Assembly: GCA_016748015.1 (NCBI GenBank)
Contig: JAAOMT010000503.1
Location: forward strand, 521,669 to 585,668
Reading direction: 5' to 3'
DNA length: 64,000 nt
Source: Geosiphon pyriformis uo1
Taxonomy: Eukaryota; Fungi; Glomeromycota
The position numbers and the translations under genes were made by a program. How positions within the stretch are numbered: position 1 is the first letter of the stretch; every line of letters begins with the position of its first letter. The notes below the pieces were generated by a model, which saw nothing but the letters and a program-made list of their open reading frames with translations, was not told where the DNA came from and made no database searches. Of the stretch, positions 1 to 13,394 are shown in pieces.

Positions 1-202
1 GGTCTTACGAAATTCTTTATCTCCCTTTCGCAAGTCCTTATTAACCCCTTGAATTTAACATAAGCGATTTCTCCCCACTTAGTCTCTCCCACATACTTCT
101 CTTTTGAGTCATCGATCCTTCCGCTAGTAGTATTCTCACATATCCACTTGTAATTTTATTAGCAAGACTTTAAATAGCAGTAGGAAATAAAGCTCTCAAA
201 AA

Positions 203-3200
203 ATGTCCGCGCTTGATCTCGACGATGATCAGTCGTCAGTAGCCTCTTTTCCTTTACCCCGCGAGGCTCATTTGTCTGGTCCACCTTCAGCCATTTCTGG
301 CCTAAATCCTGGCTCCTCTACAATCACCGTTAACACTATACTTCCTCCAGATCAACCCAATGTCAACTTCAAGCCTACCACGACCGCCATTTCAAAAAAC
401 TCAAAACTGAAATTGCATGTTTTGCTAGACTCAACAATATATACAGCTGGTGGAACTTTGAACGGGAGATTTGTATTAACAAGTTCAACTTCCCGCTCTT
501 TAAAAGTGGCAGAGATATCTGTTGAATTAACAGCTTATGAAGGTTCCAATCCAATAAATTTTGCTGTATTTTATATTACTAAAATTCTTGCCAATGGAAT
601 TCAGTGGTTCCTTAAGATATTTCAATGAATTCCAAAATAACCCGTATTACGCGTTTTTTCACAGAATTAACTACTCGTGAATATACTGCCACGCAATCAT
701 TCCTCTCTTCGCGCTTGGTATTTCAAGGGTCAAATTTACCAGCATCCAACGCAGTTCATGGGCCAAGAGATCCTAATGGTTTTTGGACAGCAAAAAAAGG
801 AAAAACAACTTTTCCCTTCGCCTTTAAAATTCCAATCGATGCTCCAAGTTCTTTTGTTTATGGAAACGTTGCAAGTCTTCGATATGTAATAACTGGGTAG
901 GTTTTTTATATATATAGAAAATTTTTTTATGAATTATCCCATTGCTAAGGTAAATCAACTTTATTCACTTTTAGTGTTGTTCAAATATTCTATAATAATA
1001 AAGAGGATACGATTTTTAAGTCAAAGGAGGCTTTTGTCGTGGAAGCTTGGGATGGACATAATCCAATTTACAAGCAGCCAGTTGATGCAATGAATATGAA
1101 ACAATTATGGATGGGGGGAACCGGTGCCGTTACTTTGGAAGGGACATTAGTTGAGACCTTATTCACGAGTGGCGGTAATATAAGTGCACAAGTTAGAGTT
1201 TGCAATGAAACCAAAAGAAGGGTGAGCGACACTCCCTTTAGAAATTGTTATGATATTCAAAAAAGTATTAGGTTAATAAAGATTTCAATTTATCCTCACT
1301 TAGGTTCAAGGCTTAAAACTTGCCGTTACTCAAAGACTTCTAATTCTTGCCAACAAAAATAAAAAGGAAGCAGATGATACCAAGATTATTGCAGAAACCT
1401 TAGCGGAGGAATGGTTTAAAAATAAGGACTTTTTATTTGATTGTGGTGAAGATCGTACTACCACAGTAAATCTACATGTACCGGTGAGGATGATATGCGT
1501 CTTTCTTGCAAAGTTTATATGAAAACCCTAACCAATCAATTGATTCTAATTACTGCGCACAGAACACTGTTCGGACCATCCGAAATACAGCTCTTTTCGA
1601 AGTGTCCTGTCATGTAGTGATTTCTTTGTATTTAGGTCCTTTTATGTAAGTCATTCAACGAAATTACGTGAAAACCTAAATAAAACTCTACAAATTAATT
1701 TCCTGGTAATTGTTTAATAGGAAAGACCTTACCGTAGAGTTACCTGCGAGTATTTGTCATTCAGCATCTCTGCAACCTCCTCCCATAGCAGATTTAGAGC
1801 TTAATCATTTTCCGAATCATTACAATATGATCGATGAAACCAATGACTTTTTCGTTGAAGATATTCGGCAAGATGATTCCGTAACGTTAGGGAGTCTGTC
1901 TCAGCCAGTCAATATTCCTCAAAGGAACCGTGCTCTTCCTTGGGACCAGGAAGATGAGAACGCCTATCGTGGACGTTATTCCCCTACCGGAAATTCAACT
2001 GGATCCTATATTCTAGGTTCAGCAAGCCCTAAAAAGCTTGGATCATGGGCTTCCTCTTTAATTGGAAGACCAAAACAAATGGCCACTTCCAATCCATCAA
2101 AGCTTATCCCTAAATCACCACCACTTGCCCCGGCCTCTCCTTATGCCTATATTCCAGCAATTGAACGCGTCAGATATCTCGCCTTTCCTACCCAACAGCA
2201 GGCTTTAATTCAAAATAGACAGTTGCCATCACCTTCTAGAAATGGCGCCTATGGAATATACAGTAATGTTCAAATTCCTAATGACTCTTTAGATTACGAA
2301 TTTATGCCAATTGTACCTACTACAGTAGTCCAAACATGGCTTGAAGGTCAGCAATCCACATCACGTCCTGATTCCCCTGACCGAGCATCTTCCATTAGTA
2401 GCAGTAACCCACGTGATACCTCTCCATGGGCAAACCTCAATCGAAGCCAAGAAGTGGTCAATGAGACCCCTCTTTCTCATTCATTTTCTCGCCTCGATAC
2501 TTCGTTGGAACAAAAACATCAGTTGCCATTCCAAGGAATTCATCCTCCCAAAAGTGAAGCATCTGAGGATGCCTTCCAACGCAACAATAGCCTGCTCTCA
2601 TCTTCGAGTGGCCCTTCAGGTTTGACACTTCTGATGAGACAAAAACCTTCGCCCCCTTCATCGATTATCGACCAATTTTCCAATACCCCCGGAAACCCAA
2701 TATCTCGGGCTTATGATCATGTGCCACAAGGACGTCCTTTACCCCCTCCCCCTACGATGACTACCGAGAATAATTTTCAAGACAATGTAATTAATGAAAA
2801 ATCAATTAAGAGCAAATTCCTTCAAATACCGGGAAAGGAAAACGAAGGCGAGTTATCCAATGATGAAAATCCCATCAAAGAATCAAAAAATGAGGCAGGA
2901 GTTAGCAGTTTGTCTTCTCTGTTGAAATGGGGCACATCTTGGATAGGATACGGCAGTACATCAAAAGATCAAGAGATCCCCTCGACCAAGGATAATCCTG
3001 CAATTGAAAAGATTATATTAGACAAAAGCAAAGAAGTAACTGAACCTCAACCAACTGGGGTAGATACCGATTTACCTCTCCCAGATGTCACAATTTCTAC
3101 AAAACCTAATGGAAATTTACGCTCCTCCACTCATCGTAACAAGGCCAATGAATCTGAAAATCAAAATTTATCAAATCCAACTCCAGTTCAACCAATTACC

Positions 3201-3836
3201 AAGGCTTCGATTTTTGCGGCTTTAGGTCAGAAACCTTTGGGCACTTCACCACCAGCAGCCCTAAACATAATTGATAACATGCAAAATCCCAAACCAAGGC
3301 CACCCTCCGTTGTAAAAGAGAAAGAAATGGCCAACAGTCCTAAGCAGAAAGGCTTCCAGGTCACACGCAAACCCTTAAGTGAGAACAAGTTTCTTGATGA
3401 TGCTGATAAATTTAATATTGTTGCGGCTGAAGCTGAGATTATTGACGAGAAGAAAGATATGATGAATTTGGAAACTAAGATGGAGAGCAATCACTCTTTA
3501 AATAATAATGCGGACTCGAAGAAATCGGTATCACAAACAATTATTGTTAACGAGAATAGCAAAACCAATATACCTTTATATTCAAAATCTCCCACTATCT
3601 TAAACCAACCGAAGGTTACAGCGGCTGCCACTACATATGTAAATAACACCATCCCAAAGCCTATCCTGGTTTTAGACAAAATTACAAGAAGAGGGAGAAG
3701 GAAAAAGGTCGGCGTGGAAAATGATGATGAAGATCTGAAAGCCAAGATTATCACACCTCCTAAACCAGTCCTTAGTCCTCGTATTTTGAATTTAATGAAT
3801 CAGTTGAGTCCTTCAGGGGGAGTTGATAACAAATGA
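203..3836 (+). CDS. Arrestin-fold (arrestin N/C domain) protein with a long Pro/Ser-rich C-terminal tail; 6 exons: 203-542, 665-896, 975-1221, 1304-1483, 1563-1645, 1721-3836
   Basis: GT..AG introns join the ORF-track fragments in frame (TAYE|ELTT, YVITG|VVQ, KRR|VQGLKL, LHVP|NTVRT, GPFM|KDLTVELP). Arrestin-like motifs: YTAGGTLNG, FPFAFKIPIDAPSSF, LRYVITG. Confidence 0.8.
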
Positions 3837-4202
3837 ACGATAAATAATTTAGTACCAACTGAAGAGAAAACATTGAATTTCTTCATTGTATCATATTTTA
3901 CTTTTATATTGTATTAATAGTTTCGCTTGTATTTTAAGTTTTTCGAATTTCGTGTAGGATAATTATTATTTAATTCCTTTCTAGTTACGACAATGCTTCT
4001 CTTTTTAAAGACACTTTAGGCAATATTTATCATATTGCGTAAATAATCCATTAGGCAATATTGTAATAAATAAATTGGGATTTTCGACCAAGGGCTACGA
4101 AAATGAATAGTTTTCTATTGATTAGGTTGGAAACATACAGTTAAGAAATGAAAATTCTTGCAAGTTTAGCGGTACTAGGGAATTTTTCACATCATGAGGC
4201 TT

Positions 4203-5023
4203 TTACAGGAAATTTAAATTAGATCTCGACTTTCTCAGCACTTTATGTTCTTTCCACATTGCTTTCTCAACTTCTGAGTTAGGACGCACAGCACCAAAAG
4301 CAAGGGCCTGTTCTTCGGCGACGCGCTCTTCAACCTCTTGGCGGGCACGTATCGCGTAGAATTCATTGCACGCAATCGCGTAAGCCTCTTGTTCATTCAA
4401 ACCCTCGTGCATCATAAGGTAAAATTGGTATTGAATCACACTATGTATATAAAAACAGCGCGCACCACAAAAGTTAGTTTCTATAAACTTAATAGGTAGA
4501 AGCAAAGCAAAAGTAAAAACCTCTTAGAGGAAAATTAATTAGTTTATCAAGATCTCTCGGCAATACATGCTTACCTTTCTCCAGTGATCTCAGAAGCGTG
4601 TTCTCCGTCAGCCAATAAAGAAGTCCATACCTTGTCCGCTGGGATTTCTTTTTCCATAAGGATGCGAGGGCGTAAGAGCTCGTATGGGTGATCACGATAA
4701 AAGCGACGACGAAGACGATCTTCTGGGTAGACGATGGGTTGTGGTTGATCGGGTCTAGTACGTAACTTTTTTTGCGTGTGTTTTTTACGATAGCTCAACC
4801 CTTTCGGTTTCTCAGTGTCAGGAGCTTCGAATTTTTCAGAAATTTCTTTTTTGAAAAGTGTTTCGGAAAGTTGTTTAGTAGTACCCGAAGTGCGAAGTAG
4901 ACTTGGGCCTGGTGGGTGCGTTTGAACTACTTGAAACCAGACAGGTGGGGTTTTGTAAATTCCACCTTTGATAAGTCTCGCTACATGGTTGGCTAATTGA
5001 GTGGGTGGAATTCGGAGAGGCAT
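4203..5023 (-). CDS. RSM25: Mitochondrial small-subunit ribosomal protein mS23; exons 5023-4575 and 4440-4203
   Basis: PPVWFQVVQTHPP, PQPIVYPEDRLRRRFYRDHPYELLRPR and EAYAIACNEFYAIR are typical of Rsm25/mS23. One GTAAG..TAG intron joins GES|VIQYQ in frame. Confidence 0.88.
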
Positions 5024-5293
5024 CGAGAGAAACTTTTCAGGATGACAATTACAATTTAAGTTGATAGTAACATTGATAATCTAGGATCGCATGTCATTTA
5101 TTATTATGTCCAGATTTTCAATCTTTCTAGGTACAAGTGGCAATTATTAAGTCTAGGGTATTTATGAAGACGTTTGAAAATAATTATTTTACAAATTTCG
5201 ATATTAGTGAAATAAGAGGGGGTAATTGAGACAACCTATGTATTATCGGATGTAAAAATCTATTTTCTGCCAATTCTAATAATGTCTTTAGAT

Positions 5294-6965
5294 TCATGAA
5301 GAAAATTTTGCAGGTGTCCAAGTATTTTTCTGTACAACAGCAGCTTCTAGTGCTTGTTCAATGTCCGATATCTGTAATATGGAGATATGTATATATGTTA
5401 GAGATAAATGATGAATGAGTTAAAATATTGGGTTAAAAGTTGCTCAAACTTACCAGATCTTCTGTTTCTTCGATTCCAACAGAGAGTCGTATAAGATTAT
5501 CTGTGACACCTAACATAGCACGAATATCTTCCGAGACTGATGCATGTGTCATACGAGCCGGGTGTTCCGCTAAACTTTCAACTCCACCCTTTATTGGACA
5601 AGAGGATAATTAATGTTAATTAGATTTAAAAGTCAAAATTCCAAATATAATAAAAAAGTTTTGATTCATACCAAAGACTCGGCTAATGTAAACAATTTTA
5701 AATTTTGGAAAAACGTATTGGCTGCCTCAAACCCTCCCTTTATCCTGAAGCTCACCATACCGCCAAATCCCTTTGCTTGCTTCTTTGCTAGTGAATGTTG
5801 CGGATGGCTTTCTAATCCTGGATATATTACTTCTTCAACCAAATTTGATTTCTCCAAGTATCGAGCTACCGCCAAGGCATTCTCTTGATGTTGTCTCATT
5901 CGAACGTGTAATGTTTTTAGACCACGATTAGCCAACCAACAATCGAAGGCAGATGGAACCGCACCCATAGCATTTTGGAGGAATCTCAATTTTTCTAATA
6001 TTTCTTCATTGCTCGTGATCGCAACTCCCATCACAACATCCGAATGTCCATTAATGTATTTTGTGACGGAATGCACGACAACGTCAGCGCCAAGCTCCAG
6101 GGGATTTTGAAAGTAAGGGCTCATGAAGGTATTATCTACCACAAGAATGGCACCATGGCGATGAGTCAATCTTGCAATGGTTCGAATATCAACCAATCGC
6201 AAAGTAGGGTTTGTTGGTGTTTCAACCCAAACAATCTATATTTAATGATAAAAAAGTAGGTTAAATAAAAATTCATATTGGTCTAATAGCGGGAAGACAA
6301 TGGATCAAAATTACAGGGTAGGTACCTTTGTGTTATGTTTGAACGCAGATTCAATATTGTAGGGATTAAGTAAATCAACAAAAGTAGTTTCGATGCCTTG
6401 ATTTGTGGCGACTTTCGTGAAATATCGAAAAGTACCCCCGTAAACGTCATTAACCGAAATGATATGACCACCAGATCCAAGCGCTGCCACAATAGTGGCA
6501 GTGACAGCGGAACCTGACGAGAAAGCAAGAGCATACTTTCCTTTCTCTAAAGCAGCAACTGCTTCCTCGAAGGCCTGACGGGTTGGATTTCCTGAACGCG
6601 AGTATTCAAAGCCCTAATTTTATGATTTGAGAATAATTGATTAGCACTTTTTGTACAAATATTCAATGAAAATACATTTAAATTCTTAAATTAGAAAATC
6701 AAGACAGTCAGCATCATACTTTATGGACACCTATCGAACTCTGTTGAAAAGTGGTAGATAAAGAAATGGGAGGTATAACAGCACCGGTATGTGGATCAGG
6801 CTCTTGACCAGCGTGAATTGCACGCGTACCGAAGCCATGAGTTGACGATTGACCTTTTTGTAAAGGTAGGGTTGGTGTTTCTAAAGGTTCAATTTGAAAA
6901 ACATTCTTATGAAAACCATTCACTTCGCCTGCTGAGAGAACGTCTGTTGTAATATTTGGAGTCAT
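5294..6965 (-). CDS. CYS3: Cystathionine gamma-lyase (PLP-dependent Cys/Met metabolism family); exons 6965-6720, 6613-6326, 6235-5672, 5588-5454, 5371-5294
   Basis: Motifs TRAIHAGQ, PPISLSTTF, YSRSGNPTR, ETPTNP, VVDNTF, PLP-lysine HSVTKYINGHSD, TLAESLGGVES, LIRLSVGIEE. All four introns are GT..AG and preserve frame. Confidence 0.93.
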
Positions 6966-7476
6966 TTTTGGGTATTTTTTTATTTTAGCTAACAAGGGAA
7001 GAAACCGAGCAAGTGAGAAGGATAAAATTTTTCGGGAATAAATTAGTGAGATATGAGAAGTTTTAATTAAAATTTTTTGAGGAGAGTAGAAAAATTGAGC
7101 CATATTTATAATTTTACCGAGCGCGTCTTGAATATTCTTTTTTGATTATAAATTGAGGTTATTAGTACAATTTTGAAATTTAAATATTCTATGATGATGA
7201 TGATGAGAAATCCTCAAGATATGGCGTGCTTATTCAACATTTCGATTCAGCAGCAGTAAATAACGGGAAAAGGATTATTCTATTATTTGATTAGGAAATT
7301 TTCAAAACTCAGAAAAAAAGTAGATCGAATGACGCTATAAATGATTGAAAATGGTAATTATTTGCAAATTCATATAAAAAATACGTGATTTTTCAAAGTG
7401 AATTGTATTATTGATAGTTTTTATTTCAAATTCAAAAAAGTGTGAACTTATTTTTCTTTTTTACTTTGGCTTTAAC

Positions 7477-7630
7477 TTTTGTCTTTTGTCTTTTGCCTTT
7501 TGCCTTTTGCCTTTTGCCTTTTGCCTTTTGCCTTTTGCCTTTTGCCTTTTGCCTTTTGCCTTTTGCCTTTTGCCTTTTGCCTTTTGCCTTTTGCCTTTTG
7601 CCTTTTGCCTTTTGCCTTTTGCCTTTTGCC
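7477..7630. repeat. Heptanucleotide tandem repeat: (TTTTGCC)x20 perfect, preceded by 2 TTTTGTC variants
   Basis: Read directly; the perfect array spans 7491-7630 (140 bp). Confidence 0.97.
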
Positions 7631-9199
7631 TTTGAATTATGCCTTTGATTTTGACTTGGTTGTTTAGGTTTTATCCACGTTAAATCAATTTGGCCTTGTT
7701 TATCATGGCCAGGATTTGGGCTTATTCTTTCTTGAATAATGTTAAAGTTCCTGACTAAACAAAAATTTTCAAATTATCTTACCCAAAAAGATTTTTTTCG
7801 ATGGATTACCAATTACATAAGCACCAAAAATTTTCTATCTTGAAAATCAATATTCGAGGAGCAGCGGCAAAAAACTTTTTAATAGTAAAAATAATCACGA
7901 GACCTCGAGTGATAAAGGCCATTCAGTTAGATGATAGATTTTAAAGTTCAAAGGTTTTAACTTATTCATTATAACTTATTGGTTAAATTTTAGAAACACA
8001 AGCTGCAAAAAAAATTATGCATACATCTTCCCGAAACTCAAATCTTCTTTCATCTCTAACTTGGGCATTTCCATTCAAAATATTTTTTGGACATTGATGA
8101 TACATCCTTGGCTTTTTTGAGTATTAAGGGAAAACTTTTATAATCATTAAAATAGTAATTAATTAAAGATAACAAGACTTTTCTTTTAAAATCTAATTTC
8201 TTTACAATTTCTTTATCAATTATGCCGAATTTCTGCTTTATATTTTCATTGGCTCCTTTTATATTTTTTGAGAGAAACGAATTAGTTCCTTCGGATTGTA
8301 GACTCGAGGAATAGAGGAAGTGTATGGGGATGTAATAACTTGTAACAACCCTCGTCCTCTGACATATTTGCGAGATCTATAATGGATATGATATCACTTT
8401 TTTTAAATTGATTTCCTCTTTGAATTACATTGTCGACTAAGTGAACGACAGGCCAAGCTTTCTACAGTAGGATGTGGCGTGAAAACTGCCAACTTATCGG
8501 GACATTCGGGTTCTGCGAAAGGAAACCCATTAGCAATAAAGGGAATGAGATAAGATGGGATGGAATCTAATATAATGTAATATTTTGGATTTAAACTCAC
8601 TTATTTTAACCAAAGGACACACGAAACTCATTCTTATTTGACGCCAAATATACGAAGATTGACAAATTATGTGTCGACTATAAGATATTCTATAAATTGC
8701 GGTAAGGGGGAAGTTAGGAAGAAAAGCTTGGCTTATGTTTGTGCAGGTTTTACATGCGCAATAACATCAGCCGCTAAGCCCGGCTTAAAAACAGAATAAA
8801 CTTAAATGTTGGCCAAAGTGAAAGGATATACCTTATATTTGTGTTAGGGTTTCAAAAGATAAAAAGCTAAAAAGGCGAAAATGATTCAAGAAAATTGATT
8901 TACTCAATACAGCCCAGAAAATGAATACGAAATTTTTTCGCATTTCTTTCATACAAACTTTCATTCACAAAATGTCAACCCTCAAAAAATAGGAATGGTA
9001 AAATATATGCAGTCAAGATGTTTCATAAGCTTTAAAATAATGCATCTTTCTTTATTTTGACAAAAACTTTAACAATAATGTATTTTATAAAACATTTAAA
9101 AGGCATTTAACATTTGAATAATTATCTTCTAATTTTAAACATCTGAATTACCAAATTTATATTTAAATAGCTGTCTACTAATTAGTTAAATTCTTTTTT

Positions 9200-12100
9200 A
9201 AAACAAAAAAAAAGTTATTAAACTGTTTCTGTTTTTAATTTTTCTTTAAGCAAATCAATTTTTTTTTACAAAAACAGTTACTTTTAAACTAATAATTACT
9301 GACACTATACATGTAAATATTTTGGCTGTTTTCTAAGACATACAAACTGCTTTAAAGCAAAAACAACACTTTATTATTCTTATTTAAAAATAATATACAA
9401 GATTCTATTAAATAATTAAATAACTTTAAAAAAACAATAACAGTTAATTAATATAATATTACTTATAAATTCTAAATTATTAATAGTTATAGTTCTTATA
9501 AAAAATCAATAATAGTGTTTTCTAAAAAATAATAAAATAAATACTTGAAAATACTAAAAATAAAAATACTTTTTTTATTATTTACTTTGAACAAAAATTT
9601 AAAACTTTAATTTTAATTTCTAAATAATAAATAAAATTAAAAAAAAAAACAATTAAATAATATATTTGAAAAACATACTTCTAATTTTTGCTTTTGTTTT
9701 TGTTTTGGGTTCTGTTTTTTAAATAATTATTCTATTTTTTATTATTTAAATTTAAGACCTAAATAATTAATTAATTAATAAACTCATTGTTAATTTTGTT
9801 TAATTATTAAAATTACTGGCTTAAATAGTAAAAATACTAATAATTTTAATTAATTTTAACAAATATTTTATAATTAAAAACAATATTATAATTTATTATA
9901 TATTATTATTGTAGATTAATTAAATACTTTTTAAAAAATTGCAACAATTTTTTTTGCTTTTATTAATTCTATAAAATAAGAATAATCAAAATAATAAAGT
10001 TAACAATAATAATATTTTTAACTAAAAACTTATTTATACTAATATAAAATTTTTTAAAAAGAATTTTCTAATTAAAATTATTATTTATTAATCTTTAAAC
10101 TAATAAATACATTTTTAAAAAATAAAAATACAAACCAAAACTTTTTATATTTATTTAATTTAATTAATAATAATCATAAAATAATAAACTAATTATTAAT
10201 TCTTTTAATTTTATAAGAAAAAAATCTTGTAAAGTTGATTTTATTTTAAATTTTAATAAAGTATTTACTTTTTTATTAACAATAATAAGTTATTAAAAAT
10301 TAAAGTTTTTAAAAATTATACAAAAATTTAAACTTTATTTTATTGTTAAAAGCTTCATAAAAATCTTAATACATATTATTTTTGGCTAATTAATAATTTA
10401 TTTTTAATTCCAAAAAAATTTTTACAAATTTTTAATTTTAAAAAAAAATTTAAAAACCAATAAATATATTTATTAAGCTAAACTTATTTACAAAACTCAA
10501 GTGGTTAATTACTTAATTTAATTTTAAATAATAAATTATCTATTAGTATTATTGTTAAATATTTTTTTAAAGTAATTAGTAAAAAAACTAATAAATTTTT
10601 AATTTAACTTATAATTAATATATATAATAACAAAAAAAAAGTCTTAATATAATTAAAACTGTTTTTATTTACATTAATAATATCTGTATTAAAATTAACA
10701 TAAAAGTTTCTAAAACCAAAAAATATATTATTATTGTTAATAATAAATAATTCAAAAAAATCAAAGTTTTATTTAATTATAAACTATATAAATTAATTAT
10801 TAAATATGATAAAAAGTCTATTATAGTTAAATATTATTATTAAACAACTTTTTTAAAATTAAAAAAAAGCAAAAAAAAAGCAATTAACTAAATTAAAAGA
10901 TAAAAAAAATAATAAAAAATAAAATAAAATTATTATATCAGATTTTAAAACATAAATAATTTAACAAAAAAAAATTATAATTACTGTATTTTTTTATAAT
11001 TTAAAACTATTAATTTTTTTATTATAATATTTATATATAAAAATATAAATAATAAATAAGCAAATTTAGTATTTAATAAATTAAAAATTAATGGTTTTTT
11101 TTTTATTTAATTAATTATTTAATTATTAGATTTATAATGATTTATAATTAATTTTTTGTATTAAAATATTATTTGTTAATTTACTGAAATTATTTTGTTA
11201 AAATAGAAATATTATTTATAAGTTTATAATAAAAAGTTTACTTTTCAAAAAAATAATTTTTTTTATGGTAATTAACAAAATTAAAAATTATAAAATTGGT
11301 TTAAAATTGTTAAATTATACAATTTTAATTAAAAAAATAGTGCTTACTAATTGGTTTGTAAAATTAATCAATTTATTTAAAAATATTAAAACAATAAAAT
11401 AAAAGATAATAAATTTGATTTTTTTAATAATTAAAAGAATTTATTTTTATTTTTAAAATACAAAAATAAATATTTGTTAATATAATATTAATATTGTTTT
11501 TAATTATTATATATAAATAACTAATTTTTGTTTTTAAGTTATTATTATATTAAAATTTTTTAGTATAATATTATTAATTTTTTTGGTTGTAATATTATTA
11601 AATTCTTTTTGTAAAGTTTTTTATTATAGAATTATTAATATTTTTGTAAATTTTTGTTATTGTATTTTATTAACAAATTTTTTATTTATTGATAAAATAA
11701 TTTTAAGTTATTTAATAAATTTATATTTTATGCACAAATTTATTTTAAATTAAACAATTTATGCTTTTAATAATTTATTATATTATTTAATTAATAAATA
11801 TAGTTCAGCTACTATTTACTATAATATAGCAAATAAAATACTTTAAAATAAGTATAGTTTATATATAACTAACTATTTAAGTTAATCAAATTTTTAAAAT
11901 ACAAAAAATATATTTTGTAAAATAAATTTAATTGAAGTTTTTTTAATTTTAAAATATTTTAAATTAATTTATTTTTGTAAAGTTAATAACTAATTATTTT
12001 AAAATTATTAATTAATAATATAATAAAAAAATTTTAAAAAAAAGTTTGGTTTTTATTAATTATAATTTTAAACAAGATATATTTGTTTTAATAAATTATA

Positions 12101-12400
12101 TTTAAATATTAAAATTTTAAATTATTAATTATTTTAACAAACTTTTTTAAATTTTGTTTAAATTATTTATATTTTAAAAAATTTTAGTTTAATATAATTT
12201 AATTAATATTTTTATAATTATATTTAAAACAAAAAACAATTTTTTTAATAGTTTTAATACTTAAAAAAATATTTTAAAAATAAAGAAATTAAATACTATT
12301 TTTTCAACCTATTTTTTTTAAGTAATAAAAACATAAAACAGTTTTTAACTATTAATAAACCATTTTTTTAATCTTAAAATTTTTTTAAAATAATTAAATA
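9200..12400 (+). mobile_element. Hypermutated Ty3/Gypsy-like retroelement relic (gag ~9250-9660, aspartic protease ~10490-10850); ends approximate
   Basis: Extremely AT-rich. Reverting A>G/T>C gives a gag-like FRGDAQDPIEWLDDFE at ~9380-9430 and a retropepsin-like ILDSGSSVSVIAKHFL...IIVGNEWL at ~10520-10750. This is a by-eye reconstruction. Confidence 0.5.
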
Positions 12401-13394
12401 AGACCAATTTTAATATAATTATTAATACTTATTTTTAATTTTTAATTTATTTTTTTTGTAAAAATAAAGCATTAATTTCTTTTGATTTTTTTAATTTATA
12501 TTTTTAACAATTCTAATTAACTTGTTTATATATTATATTAAAATAAATATCCAAAAAATTACTTAAATTAAATTAATATTAAAATTTTGAAAATATTATA
12601 AATACTTTAATTAAATACTATAACTAACAGAAATATATTAATAAAAATAAAATTTATGGTTTTTTTACTTTTTTAAAGTTGTTTCAAGTTGAATATTTTG
12701 CAATAAAACAACCAAAAAAAATTGTACAAACTTAAATTCAAACATTTTTTAAAACTTGTACTATATTTTATATTATTTTTATTGAAATTTTTTTTTAAAA
12801 CCACAAATAAACCAAAATTAATAGTTTTGGTTATTAATAAATTAATGTTAAAAGTTTAATTTAATCTTATAATAAAAGAAGTATCTGTATATAAATTCAA
12901 AATTATAATCAAAAGGTTGTTTTTGAAAAATAATTTAATTAATATAAGTTTATTTAAAATTTTTAAAATATGTTTAACTAACTTGTTATCAATTATATAA
13001 ACAATATTAAAACCCAAAAAATCTGAATTTAAACTTTATATAAATACATAAATATTATTAAATTTGTTTACAATTTATAGTTTTATACTTATATAAAACT
13101 TAATTTTTGTAATAATTAAATATTATTATTTATATCTTTATATTATTTAATAATATTATCTTGCTTTGTAAAAATATTATAATTTTAATATTGTATATTA
13201 CAATTTTTCAAATTAAATAATTTATTAAATAAAAAAACATAAAACTAAAACCAAAAAAAAGAAATTTTGATTTTGTTAAAACTAAATTAATAAAATTTTT
13301 TAATATTAATATATTAGTTTTTAAGTTACCAATTTTGTTGTAAAAATTTTTAAATTATTAATACTTAAAAACAAAAAATTAGTTATATATATAT

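Noticed and set aside
2341-3754. Short overlapping and antisense ORFs inside the arrestin gene, and similar ones inside CYS3, ATE1 and the LINEs
   Set aside because: Shadow ORFs of the true coding frames, with no independent motifs.
7411-7667. Three ORFs encoding LLPFAFC repeats
   Set aside because: Artefacts of the stop-free TTTTGCC array.
8403-8600. 65-aa minus-strand ORF
   Set aside because: Non-ATG start, and no recognisable motif or supporting exons.
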